Shown: piece by piece, positions 38,732 through 48,801 of the stretch
How the letters are laid out: every line of letters starts with the position of its first letter
Numbering within the stretch: position 1 is the stretch's first letter
Assembly: GCA_965218865.1 (NCBI GenBank)
Contig: CBDCME010000062.1
Coordinates: forward strand, 91,671-155,670
From: Alphaproteobacteria bacterium
Lineage (GTDB): Bacteria > Pseudomonadota > Alphaproteobacteria > JAAXGF01
Length of the DNA stretch: 64,000 nucleotides
Direction: 5' to 3'
Made by a program: the position numbers and the translations under genes
Notes under the pieces: generated by a model
Databases searched by the model: none
What the model saw: the letters and a program-made list of their open reading frames with translations, nothing else
Told to the model about the DNA's origin: nothing

Positions 38732-39056
38732 CCCCCGTTCACGTCATGGCGAAGGATCGGTCCGGGGACATCGGGCGCCCGCATCGGATTGCCGTGAATC
38801 CCAACGCTCGGACTCAGTCTTGGTCTATATCTGTCTTATCCGAGGGGCGGGCGTCGTCATCGGCAGCGGCTTGACTTTCGTCGTTTTGGGCGCTTTTTCG
38901 ATCAGCCCGCGCTTGCAACCGCGCCGCCTTCTTTTCGGCCTTCGCGCGTTCGCGCTCGTAACGTTCAAACTTGTAGTTGGGCTTGCGTCTCAAGTTGCTT
39001 TCTCGTCGGAGTTCGAATGAAGTATGGGGCGGAGTCTCGCCGCCCCAAAAACCAGA

Positions 39057-39266
39057 TTAACCGGCAATCGTCAAGTTTTCCGCGGCCATCTTTCCACCCC
39101 GGCCGGGAACCAATTCGAAGGTGACCTTCTGGCCTTCCACGAGACCGGTAAGACCGGAGCGTTCGACGGCGCTGATATGCACATAAGCATCTTTCGAGCC
39201 ATCTTCCGGCTCGATGAAGCCGTAACCCCTGGTCGGGTTGAACCATTTGACAGTACCTGTAGCCAT
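39057..39266 (-). CDS. cspA: cold-shock protein CspA family
   Basis: 69 aa; MATGTVKWFNPTRGYGFIEPEDGSKDAYVHISAV... with RNP1/RNP2 motifs. Confidence 0.85.
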   Translation of the reverse strand: MATGTVKWFNPTRGYGFIEPEDGSKDAYVHISAVERSGLTGLVEGQKVTFELVPGRGGKMAAENLTIAG

Positions 39267-39430
39267 GATTTTTCCTTTCACGACAAATTCTGCGGAACGC
39301 CACCCTATGTAGTGTTCCAAAATTAACGTTCACAATGTCGGGGAAGTCATCTGGCTAACCGCCGAAACGGGTAATCACGAAAACAACAACGACTTCGTAA
39401 CGTGGCACGACCATACATACCAAACAATGA
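39267..39430 (-). promoter_or_regulatory. probable long 5' UTR/promoter region of cspA
   Basis: Csp genes typically carry >100-nt structured 5' UTRs. A ~600-bp ORF-free, lower-GC stretch lies upstream. No motif was verified. Confidence 0.2.
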
Positions 39431-39920
39431 TATACAAGAAATTTTTTCGGCGCGTAATACGCTCCTTCATTTCCATGATCGCGAATATGTCCGAAACGGA
39501 TCGCGGGCAGAAGAAACACGGTGCTGGCATTCACGACGGCTTTCATAGGGCTGAGACGTCATCACTCCGTGAGCTGACGTTCGGGGCATCGCGGCTTAAT
39601 TTTTCGAGACTGAGAAACCGCGGCCCGGCCCGCGCACTGAATTAAAATCGCCGCGTGGAGGTGCGCCTCGTCCAAGGGAAAGGAGGCAAAGCGCCTGGGG
39701 TTCAAAGATAGCCGCGCCAGCCCTCGCGAAAGTTGATCCGCCGAGTGTAACTTTGGTGCGCCTCTGCCAGTCGGGGAGGCAATAGAAACAGGGGAAAATT
39801 CCGGGAATCTCAGATTCCGATTTGCTACGAGTCATTGCGGGAAGAAATTGGCGGATGCTGAATCTGACGGTTGACGAGTTGATAGCAAGGCAGAGGCGCC
39901 ACGAATCGTCGAAGGCTCCG

Positions 39921-41276
39921 TCAAATTAACGAAATAACGAGCGACAAGGCACTGCGAAGTTCATTGGTGGCCATGCCACCTTCGGCGATTAACGCCTCTA
40001 TGTCGGCGAGGCTCGCCCACACCACACCGGCCGTGTCGGGAACAACAGTTTCCTCACTGATTTGGAGCAGGCTGTAGTCGACAACACTTTCGGCAAACCG
40101 TCCACCCTCGTCCGACTGCCGAACCCGCCATCGGCGGACGACAGATTGCGGCAGACCAAAATTTTCCTGCTCGCCGCTCTGTTTAAGGTACTGACCGCTC
40201 TGTTTAACGTACTGAAAGGTGGGTCCAAACTCGGCCCGATTCCGAAATCCGATTTCGGCCGCGACGCGCAGCGCAAACAGCATGACGCCATCCCGAACCT
40301 GCGCGACCAGCGCGATATGCTGCTTGGCGGTCGAGGCCATGAGCGGCTGATCCCAGTTCGACACCTCCCGTACGCTTGTCCTTACGCGGGTCATCTTAAG
40401 GCTTACCGGGGCATCCGGCGGTCCGTCGAAGCTCGTTTCGCCAAAGCGCCAGCCAGGCATTCGTTCGAGCTCGACTTCATGGCAACGGTCCGCCAACTTC
40501 GCGTTCGATAGAATGGTCTTGTAGCGCGAAAGCGTCGTTGGTCGCGCGCAAAACAACGATCGTTCGAGTGGCCACCTGAGTTCGGGCGTATTGGCGGCGA
40601 ACGGTGGGCGCTTGCCGCACCAAAAACGCCAGGGCGCGGAAACCATTACCGAGCGTACATCAGTATTCACCGCGAAGTCCCGGCGCAATGAATTCAAGAA
40701 CGACTCAGCCGGGAACCAACGCCACCAGGGCGACGGCGGTTCCGCTTGGTCGACCAATATGACGAGATTGCGATTGAACTTGTTCAGAAACCGCGTGCCC
40801 TGCTCGGATTGTTGAATATCGGCAACAACCGATTCTGGATTCAGACCACTCAGCAACTCGATGAATGGCGTTGCCAACCCAAGGTGCAAACGCCGATAGT
40901 TGCTTTCCGTCTCCTGGGTTGTAGGCGCCATTTGCACAATCCGGACGTTGCCGGGCTCGGGCTTGGCTTGGACCAGCACCTCCAGGCCGGCGGGCCCGCG
41001 GCGAACCAAGAAGGCGAGAACACCCACCTCGGGCTGAAGGATCATGGGCTGAAACGTCGGCGAGTTGCTGGTCACGCAGTTGCCGACCACCGAAAAAAAC
41101 CGCCGGTATCGTGCGCTAGGCGACCTTGCTCGTACGACCAGTTGCGCGCGTCTGGCCATGCCACGGCCAAACAAAGCGTCGCACGCGGCGCGTCGATCGC
41201 TCAACCAGTCCGTGACATCGTCCATCAAGCGGTCACTGATAAACACCTTTGGCTCGAATCGCCGCAAGGACTTCAT
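39921..41276 (-). CDS. NDP-hexose 2,3-dehydratase family protein (EvaA/TylX3-like, duplicated domain)
   Basis: 451 aa with two similar halves, each containing an (E/D)xG(G/T)RF motif (QSEQGTRFLNKF...; QSDEGGRFAESV...), as in the two-repeat hexose 2,3-dehydratase fold. Assignment from memory. Confidence 0.45.
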   Translation of the reverse strand: MKSLRRFEPKVFISDRLMDDVTDWLSDRRAACDALFGRGMARRAQLVVRARSPSARYRRFFSVVGNCVTSNSPTFQPMILQPEVGVLAFLVRRGPAGLEVLVQAKPEPGNVRIVQMAPTTQETESNYRRLHLGLATPFIELLSGLNPESVVADIQQSEQGTRFLNKFNRNLVILVDQAEPPSPWWRWFPAESFLNSLRRDFAVNTDVRSVMVSAPWRFWCGKRPPFAANTPELRWPLERSLFCARPTTLSRYKTILSNAKLADRCHEVELERMPGWRFGETSFDGPPDAPVSLKMTRVRTSVREVSNWDQPLMASTAKQHIALVAQVRDGVMLFALRVAAEIGFRNRAEFGPTFQYVKQSGQYLKQSGEQENFGLPQSVVRRWRVRQSDEGGRFAESVVDYSLLQISEETVVPDTAGVVWASLADIEALIAEGGMATNELRSALSLVISLI

Positions 41277-42322
41277 CCACCGATGGGGGCGTCGGCAATT
41301 CCGAGCCAGTTTTTATACGCTTAAACCTTTTGACTGGGCCGCCTGGTTCAATACCGATTTCGATCGCGGCCTCGTCGTAGCAATCGGCGCCCGTCTCCTT
41401 ATACCTCCGGGCCGCCGCCGCGCGTTGCTTCGGTGTCGTACCGGCGAGCTCGTTGAAGCGCCGCCACAATTCTAGTGTCATCGAATCGGGGGGCGGAATC
41501 CAGGTCGGAATTTTCGCCGGCTTGACGCCGCCGTAGGATGCCACATCAGTGGCGACCCTTCGCCGAACTTCAGCGCTCGAATGGGCCGCGAGCCAAGCGT
41601 CTAGAGCCTCATGCTCGGGGCTATCAAACTGATAGGCGGGTGTTCCCTCGCCGTGGCCATAATGGGTCGTCACTTTGAGTACGCTCAGCTTTTCCCCGAA
41701 TCGGAGTTTGACATCGGCACGCCAGGCGCGAATGACCCAGTCCTGCAGCGATGAGCGATAAAGCTCAAGGGATGGCCGCCAGTGGCCGACTTTGTCGGCG
41801 AACGATCTTCGAATTACCCATGCGGAGGCAGGTTCGAACATGTCATGCTGGCCCAAGAAACACTGCTCGATCGAGCGATCGTTGCCGTGCGTCCTCCAAA
41901 ATCGAGGCATGATCGTGCCGTCACTAATTGCCTCCGCATGACCCGCGAACGCGGCCCGGCCCCTATACATATCAGAACGTGTGCGAATCAGGTCTTCCAG
42001 CGCGACAGCAAGATGATCTTCAAGGTACACGTCGTCGTGGTTTAGGAAGGCGATGAATGGTGTCGTGGCGAGCGCAACCCCGACCGAGTTCGGCCCGGCT
42101 TGCTCGCCAAAACGCGCGGGCAGTGGGATGTAATAAACGCGATTATCTTGCAGCGAGCGGACCACGTCGCGGGTTCTGTCATCACAATCGTCAGCCATAA
42201 CAAAAACCCACCAACGATCGTGGCTCTGACGCCGAACCGATCTTAATGCCACGCGCAGCGCGTCGGGCCGGTTGTGCGTCGCGACAATTACGGTAACCGA
42301 ACTCTCGGAAATTGCGCTGATA
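41233..42322 (-). pseudogene. family-2 glycosyltransferase, 5' end disrupted by IS5 copy 3
   Basis: ...VTVIVATHNRPDALRVALRSVRRQSHDRWWVFVMADDCDD... (GT2 DxD region). The reading frame runs upstream without a start codon to a stop codon two codons before the IS5 end. Confidence 0.6.
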
Positions 42323-42330
42323 TCCTAATT

Positions 42331-43898
42331 AGTCGCCCGTGAAGAACGTGTAAGCGGCTGATGTTGGTAGCTCTTTCGGTTTGGCGAAGTAATCGGATTT
42401 GCAAGAAAACGGGTTTTGGGCCTGAAAAGCTTGCGATTTGAAATAATTGATTTTGGGGATTCCCTTCCGTTGCGGAACGTGATTCTCTGCTCCCGTCGAT
42501 TGGGATTGGAGAACTGTGATGAAGCCATCGCGCAAGGTGTCATCGGGAATAGAGGACCTGTTCCGCTCGCGGTTCGAAAACATCATCAACCTGCGCCACG
42601 AGTTGGTGGTGTTGGGGGGCCGGATCGCGTGGACTTTCTTCGACGAGACCTATGAAGCCTTGTATTCGGAGGAGGGTCGGCCGGGGGTCCCGACGCGGTT
42701 GATGGTTGGGCTGCACATCCTCAAGCATATGTTCGATCTCTCGGATGAGGAGGTCTGCGAGCGCTGGGTCTACGACCCATACTTCCAGTGCTTCTGCGGC
42801 GAAGAGTACTTTCAGCATGAGCTGCCCATGGAGCGCTCGTCGATGACCCGGTGGCGGGACCGGATCGGGCCGGAAGGTTTGGAGAAGGTATTCCAGGAGA
42901 GCCTGGCCGTGGCCCACCGGGTGGGGGCGCTGCGGGAGAAGGACCTCGAGCGGGTGACGGTGGACACCACCGTACAAGAGAAGGCGATTGCCTTTCCGAC
43001 CGCCGCCAAACTGATGCAACGAGCCCGCGAGCGGCTGGTGCGACTGGCACGGGAGCACGGCATTGCCCTGCGTCAGTCCTATACCCGCCTGGGCAAGAGG
43101 GCGTTGATCATGCAAGGCCGCTACCGCCATGCCAAACAGCACAAGCGGGCCAACAAGGCCCTGCGCAAGCTCAAGACCTATCTCGGGCGCACCGTCCGCG
43201 ACATCCGCCGCAAGACGGCCCAGGAGGAGAGCCTACGGGATCCCTTCCGCCGCCCCTTGTGGCTGGCCGAGCGGGTGTCGACCCAGAAGCGGCGCGACCC
43301 CTTGCCCAAGGTCTATTCGCTCCACGCGCCCGAGGTCGAATGCATCGGCAAAGGGAAGGCGCACAAGCCGTACGAGTTCGGCTGCAAGGTCTCCGTGGCG
43401 GCGACCAATTCCCGCCCCCCCGGCGGCCAGTTCGTCGCCCACGTCAAGGCCTTCCACGGCAATCCCTATGATGGCCACACCTTGAGGCAGGTGATCGAAG
43501 AGATGGAACGCTGGACGGGGATATCGGCCGAGCGCATCTATGTCGACAAGGGATACCAGGGCCACGATTACCCCAACAAACACCGCGTCTTTAGATCAGG
43601 CCAGAAACGCGGCATCACGCCGACGATCAAGAAGGAGCTCAGGCGGCGCTCCGCCGTCGAGGCCGTGATCGGACATCTCAAGAGCGATGGCAGGCTGGGG
43701 CGCAACTTCCTCAAAGGCCGCGACGGCGACAAGATCAACGCCATCCTCGCCGGCGCCGGCTACAACTACCGCCTTGTCCTCAAATGGCTGAGGCGTTTGT
43801 TTGTCCAAATCCTGGCCGCGCTCCTCAGCGACATCTCGCACCCCACCGCAAACCCAATCGCCGCTTCAGCTTGAAATCAGGGTTCTTCACGGACCACT
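42331..43898 (+). mobile_element. IS5-family insertion sequence, copy 3 (1568 bp), AATT target duplication
   Basis: Ends AGTCGCCCGTGAAGAAC...GTTCTTCACGGACCACT flanked by AATT on both sides. Confidence 0.85.
42516..43874 (+). CDS. IS5-family DDE transposase (452 aa)
   Basis: Identical to 12539-13897 except one residue (T/P). Confidence 0.9.
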   Translation: MMKPSRKVSSGIEDLFRSRFENIINLRHELVVLGGRIAWTFFDETYEALYSEEGRPGVPTRLMVGLHILKHMFDLSDEEVCERWVYDPYFQCFCGEEYFQHELPMERSSMTRWRDRIGPEGLEKVFQESLAVAHRVGALREKDLERVTVDTTVQEKAIAFPTAAKLMQRARERLVRLAREHGIALRQSYTRLGKRALIMQGRYRHAKQHKRANKALRKLKTYLGRTVRDIRRKTAQEESLRDPFRRPLWLAERVSTQKRRDPLPKVYSLHAPEVECIGKGKAHKPYEFGCKVSVAATNSRPPGGQFVAHVKAFHGNPYDGHTLRQVIEEMERWTGISAERIYVDKGYQGHDYPNKHRVFRSGQKRGITPTIKKELRRRSAVEAVIGHLKSDGRLGRNFLKGRDGDKINAILAGAGYNYRLVLKWLRRLFVQILAALLSDISHPTANPIAASA

Positions 43899-43931
43899 AA
43901 TTAAACATAGATAAATGGAGTATTTTGTTTT

Positions 43932-44061
43932 AGAGCCTGTTCGAAAATGCGCGTCCGCGCATTTTTTGCGTCTGTCCCCCGCCCCCTCGCGGCCACCCAC
44001 GAGAGGTTGTGGGTGGCCGCGAGGGGGCGGGGGCCGGTGCCGCGAGTTTTCGAACAGACTG
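43932..44061 (-). repeat. MITE-A copy d (variant with compensatory stem changes)
   Basis: Reverse orientation. The hairpin arms carry CCCCGCCCCCTCGCGG/CCGCGAGGGGGCGGGGG, complementary substitutions relative to copies a-c. Directly abuts the IS5 copy 3 end. Confidence 0.75.
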
Positions 44062-44189
44062 TTAGAAATCGGATGGATCGCGTACCCCAACTTCCATTAC
44101 TATGAGATCCGAAAATTCATTTCGCAATCCAAAATTTCCGCCGATGAAGGGATACGCTCCGCCAAGGTTTGGGGGGGTCTTGGCGAGCG

Positions 44190-44298
44190 CTAGTGCATCG
44201 ACCCAAACGGAGGCGACAGCCGAAGTTTGGAAAGTTGATGCATCGACAAAGGCCTGGTGCACGGGGGCGTGAACGAAGTGAATGCGCCGGTGAACTAG
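44190..44298 (+). repeat. MITE-B copy 2
   Basis: CTAGTGCATCGACCCAAACGGAGG...GCGCCGGTGAACTAG. Upstream flank of the wecA-like gene. Confidence 0.8.
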
Positions 44299-44364
44299 GT
44301 TGAGACATAACCGCGCTTCCGGCCGGCTTGTGAGGTGTCCCGGGCGGGTGCTATAAATATTTGA

Positions 44365-45375
44365 ATGCTTTTGCACATTCTCCCCGCGCTCGGGCTGGTG
44401 GCGTTCGGGGCCGCGTGGCTGGGTACGCGTTTGGTGCTCCGGATGTTGCGGCAGCGAGCGATCCTCGATCATCCCAACCCGCGATCGAGTCACCAGGCGC
44501 CGACGCCGCGCGGCGGTGGCCTTGCGGTGGTTCCCGTGATCCTGACCTTGTGGCTGGGAATCGGGATCTACGTCCAAACGATCGCGTCGTTTTGGACCGT
44601 CCTCGTGGCGGCCGCGATCCTGGCCGAGATTTCTTGGCGCGACGACCTTTCGGCGCTTGCCGTGGGGCCTCGAATCGCGACCCAGTTCCTCGCCGCCGTG
44701 GTTTGTTGGTTCAGCCTTTCGGGGCCGGTGTTTCAGGGTCTCTTGCCGCCCATTCTCGACGCCGCCGCGACGATTGTGCTTTGGGTTTGGTTCACCAACC
44801 TGTTCAACTTCATGGACGGCATCGACGGAATCAGCGGTCAACAGGCGGCCTGGATCGGCCTCGGCCTGTGCCTGTTGGCTCTCTCGGGTCCCGCGAGCGG
44901 CGCCACGATGCCCCTCCTTGCGATCACCCTTACCGCCACGGCCCTTGGCTTTCTGCCCTGGAACTGGCATCCGGCCCGGATCTTCCTGGGCGACGTCGGT
45001 AGCATTCCTCTCGGCTTTTTGTTGGGGTGGCTCTTGATCACGACAGCCGCCAACGGTTATTGGGCCGCGGCGCTGTTGTTGCCCCTCTATTATCTTGCCG
45101 ACGCGTCGCTGACCTTGGGCCGGCGCGCCTTGAGGGGCGCGCGATTTTGGAATGCCCATAAGGAACACTATTATCAATTGGCCGTTCAAGGGGGAGTCGG
45201 TCAGGTGACGGTCGCGCGAACGATCATTGCCGCCAACTGGCTGCTCCTTGCCTGCGCGATGCTGAGTTTGGCGGGCGAAACGGCCACCTGGACGGCGCTT
45301 GCCATCGGCGCCGTCGGCGTCGGCGTGGTTCTGGCGACCTTTCACGGTGCCGCTGGCGGGAAGTTGAAGGGCTAG
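44365..45375 (+). CDS. UDP-HexNAc:undecaprenyl-phosphate HexNAc-1-phosphate transferase (GT4 MraY/WecA/WbpL family)
   Basis: 11 TM segments; conserved ...NLFNFMDGIDGISG... and ...FLGDVGSIPLGF... motifs of the polyprenyl-phosphate N-acetylhexosamine-1-P transferase family. Confidence 0.75.
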   Translation: MLLHILPALGLVAFGAAWLGTRLVLRMLRQRAILDHPNPRSSHQAPTPRGGGLAVVPVILTLWLGIGIYVQTIASFWTVLVAAAILAEISWRDDLSALAVGPRIATQFLAAVVCWFSLSGPVFQGLLPPILDAAATIVLWVWFTNLFNFMDGIDGISGQQAAWIGLGLCLLALSGPASGATMPLLAITLTATALGFLPWNWHPARIFLGDVGSIPLGFLLGWLLITTAANGYWAAALLLPLYYLADASLTLGRRALRGARFWNAHKEHYYQLAVQGGVGQVTVARTIIAANWLLLACAMLSLAGETATWTALAIGAVGVGVVLATFHGAAGGKLKG

Positions 45376-45390
45376 AACCGGACCGCCGAC

Positions 45391-45499
45391 CTAGTGCATC
45401 GACCCAAACGGAGGCGACAGCCGAAGTTTGGAAAGTTGATGCATCGACAATGGCCTGGTGCACGGGGGTGTGAACGAAGTGAATGCGCCGGTGCACTAG
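45391..45499 (+). repeat. MITE-B copy 3
   Basis: Direct-orientation copy downstream of the wecA-like gene, so the gene is bracketed by two MITE-B copies. Confidence 0.8.
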
Positions 45500-45550
45500 T
45501 TGTGATGAAAGGCGAAAAAATCGCCCGATAGGGCAATGTTCTAGAATTGA

Positions 45551-47470
45551 ATGATGATCGACAGATTCAAGCGCCCCGTTTTCGTTGCGATTCACGATGT
45601 CATCATGGCCGTGGGATCGTTCGTGCTGTCGCTTTATTTGCGCCTCGGAAGCGACATGCTGACGCTTGCGTCGAATTATCTGATCGTCGGCTCGGTGTTG
45701 TTCGCCGTCATCGGTGGCACCGTGTTTTGGAGCATGAGGTTTTACCGCGGTTTGTGGCGCTACGCCTCGCTCGCCGACCTTCTGACCCTGGTCGAGGGCG
45801 CGACTCTCGTCATCATCATCTTCGTTCCGGCTCTCTTCCTGATCACCCGCCTCGAACTCTTCCCCCGTTCCGCCCTGTTCATCAATTGGTTCGTGCTCAT
45901 CATCTTGTTGGGAGCACCGCGCTGCATTTACCGGATCCTCAAGGACGGCACCCTGCGCCTAAAACCGCCGGTCGGCGCCGAGGGGCGAATTCCCGTTGTG
46001 CTCGTTGGCGCCGGAGACGCGGCCGATCTCTTCATGCGCGAACTGAAACGCAGCGGCGATAAGGCAAATTACCACGTCGTTGGTTTGATCGACGACCACG
46101 CCAAGCTCGCCGGAGCCGAGATTCACGGGGTCTCGGTGTTGGGGGGACTCGACCAGATCGAGCCAGCCGTCGAACGCTTGACGCGCCGCGGCCTGCGGCC
46201 GCAACGGTTGATCATCACCGATCAGCGGTTTCGCGGTGAAAACGTTCGCAAGCTCGTCGATACCGCCGATTCCCTGGGCCTTACCTTGGCCCGTCTTCCT
46301 AAGCTCACCGATTTCAAGAGCGGTGACGATACGCCGATCGAAACCAAGCCCATCGCCCTCTCGGACTTGCTTGGACGGCCCCAGACCGTGCTCGACCGGG
46401 AGGGCATGGAGGCCCTGATTCGGGGCCGCCGGGTCATGATTACCGGCGCTGGAGGCACCATCGGCGGGGAACTCGTGCGCCTTCTCGCGGCGTATGCCCC
46501 AGCCCATCTGACACTATTGGACAACGCCGAGTTCAATCTCTATTCGATCGACGCCGAGCTTGCCGAACGCTGGCCCGAGGTCGACCGCCTCCCGGTTCTC
46601 GGCGACGTGCGCGAACGCAATCGGATCGACGTCGTGCTCCGACGCGGGCGGCCGGACCTCGTGTTTCACGCCGCCGCCTTCAAGCACGTGCCGATGGTCG
46701 AGGCAAATCCGAACGAAGGCGTGCTGACCAACGTCGTCGGCACGCGCAACGTCGCCGACGCCTGCCGCGCGGCTGGTATCGAGGCGATGGTTCTGATCTC
46801 CACCGACAAGGCGGTCAATCCCACCAGCGTCATGGGCGCGACCAAGCGTATCGCCGAGTTGTATTGTCATGCCTTGGGACGTGCGGTTTCCCACGACGGC
46901 GATGGCCGATTCCTGACCGTACGTTTCGGGAACGTGCTGGGATCCACCGGTTCGGTGGTGCCCTTGTTCCAGCGCCAACTCGCCTCCGGCGGTCCCATCA
47001 CCATCACCGACCCCGAAATGACGCGTTATTTCATGACCGTGCGGGAGGCGGTGGAACTGGTTCTCCAGGCTTCCGTTCTGGGCCTCGAAGCGGACTGCGA
47101 AGGCGGCGAGATTTTTGTCCTCGACATGGGGTCCCCCATTCGCATTCGGGATCTCGCCCGGCAGATTGTTCGCCTCGCCGGTCTCCGCCCCGAGAGCGAC
47201 ATCGAATTCGTTTATACGGGTATCCGTCCCGGCGAAAAGCTACACGAGGAACTCTTCCACGCCACGGAGGTACAGCAACCGACAGCCCGCGACGGCCTCC
47301 GTCTGGCCGGCTCGCCTCCGGCCGACCTCTCGAGTTTGCTGCCCTTGCTCGACGCCCTGGCGTCGGCGGCAAGCGCCCGCCGGACCCCGGATACCTTGGC
47401 GCTGATCCGACGCATCGTCCCCGAATATCTGGCCCCGGCCGACGCCGAGCGGAGGCGAGCCGGGGCTTAG
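45551..47470 (+). CDS. polysaccharide biosynthesis protein CapD/WbpM/PglF-type (membrane-anchored UDP-HexNAc 4,6-dehydratase)
   Basis: N-terminal TM helices, then VLVGAGDAADL... regulatory domain and MITGAGGTIGGELVR (NAD Rossmann) ...STDKAVNPTSVMGATKR... SDR catalytic motifs. Confidence 0.8.
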   Translation: MMIDRFKRPVFVAIHDVIMAVGSFVLSLYLRLGSDMLTLASNYLIVGSVLFAVIGGTVFWSMRFYRGLWRYASLADLLTLVEGATLVIIIFVPALFLITRLELFPRSALFINWFVLIILLGAPRCIYRILKDGTLRLKPPVGAEGRIPVVLVGAGDAADLFMRELKRSGDKANYHVVGLIDDHAKLAGAEIHGVSVLGGLDQIEPAVERLTRRGLRPQRLIITDQRFRGENVRKLVDTADSLGLTLARLPKLTDFKSGDDTPIETKPIALSDLLGRPQTVLDREGMEALIRGRRVMITGAGGTIGGELVRLLAAYAPAHLTLLDNAEFNLYSIDAELAERWPEVDRLPVLGDVRERNRIDVVLRRGRPDLVFHAAAFKHVPMVEANPNEGVLTNVVGTRNVADACRAAGIEAMVLISTDKAVNPTSVMGATKRIAELYCHALGRAVSHDGDGRFLTVRFGNVLGSTGSVVPLFQRQLASGGPITITDPEMTRYFMTVREAVELVLQASVLGLEADCEGGEIFVLDMGSPIRIRDLARQIVRLAGLRPESDIEFVYTGIRPGEKLHEELFHATEVQQPTARDGLRLAGSPPADLSSLLPLLDALASAASARRTPDTLALIRRIVPEYLAPADAERRRAGA

Positions 47471-47517
47471 GCGCTCGTTTTGCGCGGCTTCAAGACCCGA
47501 CCACGGTTTCGGGTGTC

Positions 47518-48324
47518 TCAATCACCGAACATATTGTCGATGGCATCGCCCAAGCCTTCGGTGCTCTGGTCGACGAGATCCTCGACCTCGCCGGCGCTTT
47601 CCTCGATCGCGTCCATGGCCTCGGATGTGGTCTCTTTCACGCTGTCCACCGCTTCGCCGATTCCGAGGTCGACATCCGCGACCGCGGAGCCGACGCTGTC
47701 GCTGATGGCGTCGATCACCTTTTCGGCGAACTCGCCCGGGGTGACGCCGCCATCATCCTTGCCGATGTCGGTGAGGTGAATGTCCGGCATCGGCGTATCC
47801 AACGTCTTGCCCTCCAACATCGTCACGCTGACCCTGACCTCGCCGTCGCGGATGATGAGGTTTTCGACCACCAGTTTCGGACCTTCGCCGCCACTTGCCT
47901 CGGCTTCGCCACCGCCGCCGAGGGAAGCCACGAAGGCATCGACGTTCTGCTTGATGGCGTCGATGTTGCTGCCGTCCGAACCCAGTTCGTAGGTGACTCG
48001 CGGACCGGTGATCGCGATTTTCTTGATCACGATCGGGTCTTCGGTCAAGGAAGCCATATCAATTCTGATCCTGATTTGTTCCAGGCTGAACGCGTTGTCG
48101 GTCTCGAATCCCGGGGGATTACCGACCGTTAGACCGTTCAGGGCGCCCTTGCCGGAGGTGGTTTCAATTTCGACCTCATCCAGGCTGCCGTCGACGCGGG
48201 TGATTTCGGAGCCGTAGGTTTCGACCGCGCTCTGGATGGCGGAGTCGAGCGAAGATAGTACGACAACTACGACAATGACGACGATGCCGACGATGGCGGC
48301 GGCACCAATGATGATCCAGCGCAT
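47518..48324 (-). CDS. hypothetical membrane-anchored acidic protein
   Basis: N-terminal TM (IIIGAAAIVGIVVIVVVVVL) then a highly acidic, D/E/G/S-rich soluble region. No family recognised. Confidence 0.35.
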   Translation of the reverse strand: MRWIIIGAAAIVGIVVIVVVVVLSSLDSAIQSAVETYGSEITRVDGSLDEVEIETTSGKGALNGLTVGNPPGFETDNAFSLEQIRIRIDMASLTEDPIVIKKIAITGPRVTYELGSDGSNIDAIKQNVDAFVASLGGGGEAEASGGEGPKLVVENLIIRDGEVRVSVTMLEGKTLDTPMPDIHLTDIGKDDGGVTPGEFAEKVIDAISDSVGSAVADVDLGIGEAVDSVKETTSEAMDAIEESAGEVEDLVDQSTEGLGDAIDNMFGD

Positions 48325-48801
48325 TACTCGTTTCTACTTTGATGCTTTGGGGGTCCTTCCTTCCGCGCGGCCATGCCAACGGTTTGCGGAAAGTCCCTGA
48401 CGATGTATTCCTCGTTTTCGGCCGGCGCGGTGACCGTTACCGCGTCGCGTCCTGGTCCGGGAGTGGCGAGAAAACTGGGCTTACATCGCGGTTGCCTCCG
48501 GTGGCCCGAGTGGATACCACCCACCATTAAACCACCGATCGAGGCCGGACGTATCGGAACCACGATCGGCCGCGAATTGCAATAGTCAACACGCTCGCCC
48601 CGCCAAACTGGCGGGCGACGGCGCCCCGGGGACGCCTCGTTCAATGCCCTCACCGCGGGAGTGCCCGGCGCTGGGCCGGTCACCCGATCATCGATGGGTC
48701 GATTTGCCGGACGCCGCCAACGCGCTGGCAAATCATCCGCGGTTCGGTTAAGCATGCTATGTTCATGCCAGACAAAAACGAGTTCAACCCGAGGGGTTCC
48801 A

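Noticed and set aside
39030-39056. GGGGCGGAGTCTCGCCGCCCC hairpin near the cspA stop as an intrinsic terminator
   Set aside because: The T-run precedes rather than follows the hairpin on the cspA (minus) strand, and an A-run follows on the plus strand. It does not fit a canonical rho-independent terminator for either orientation.
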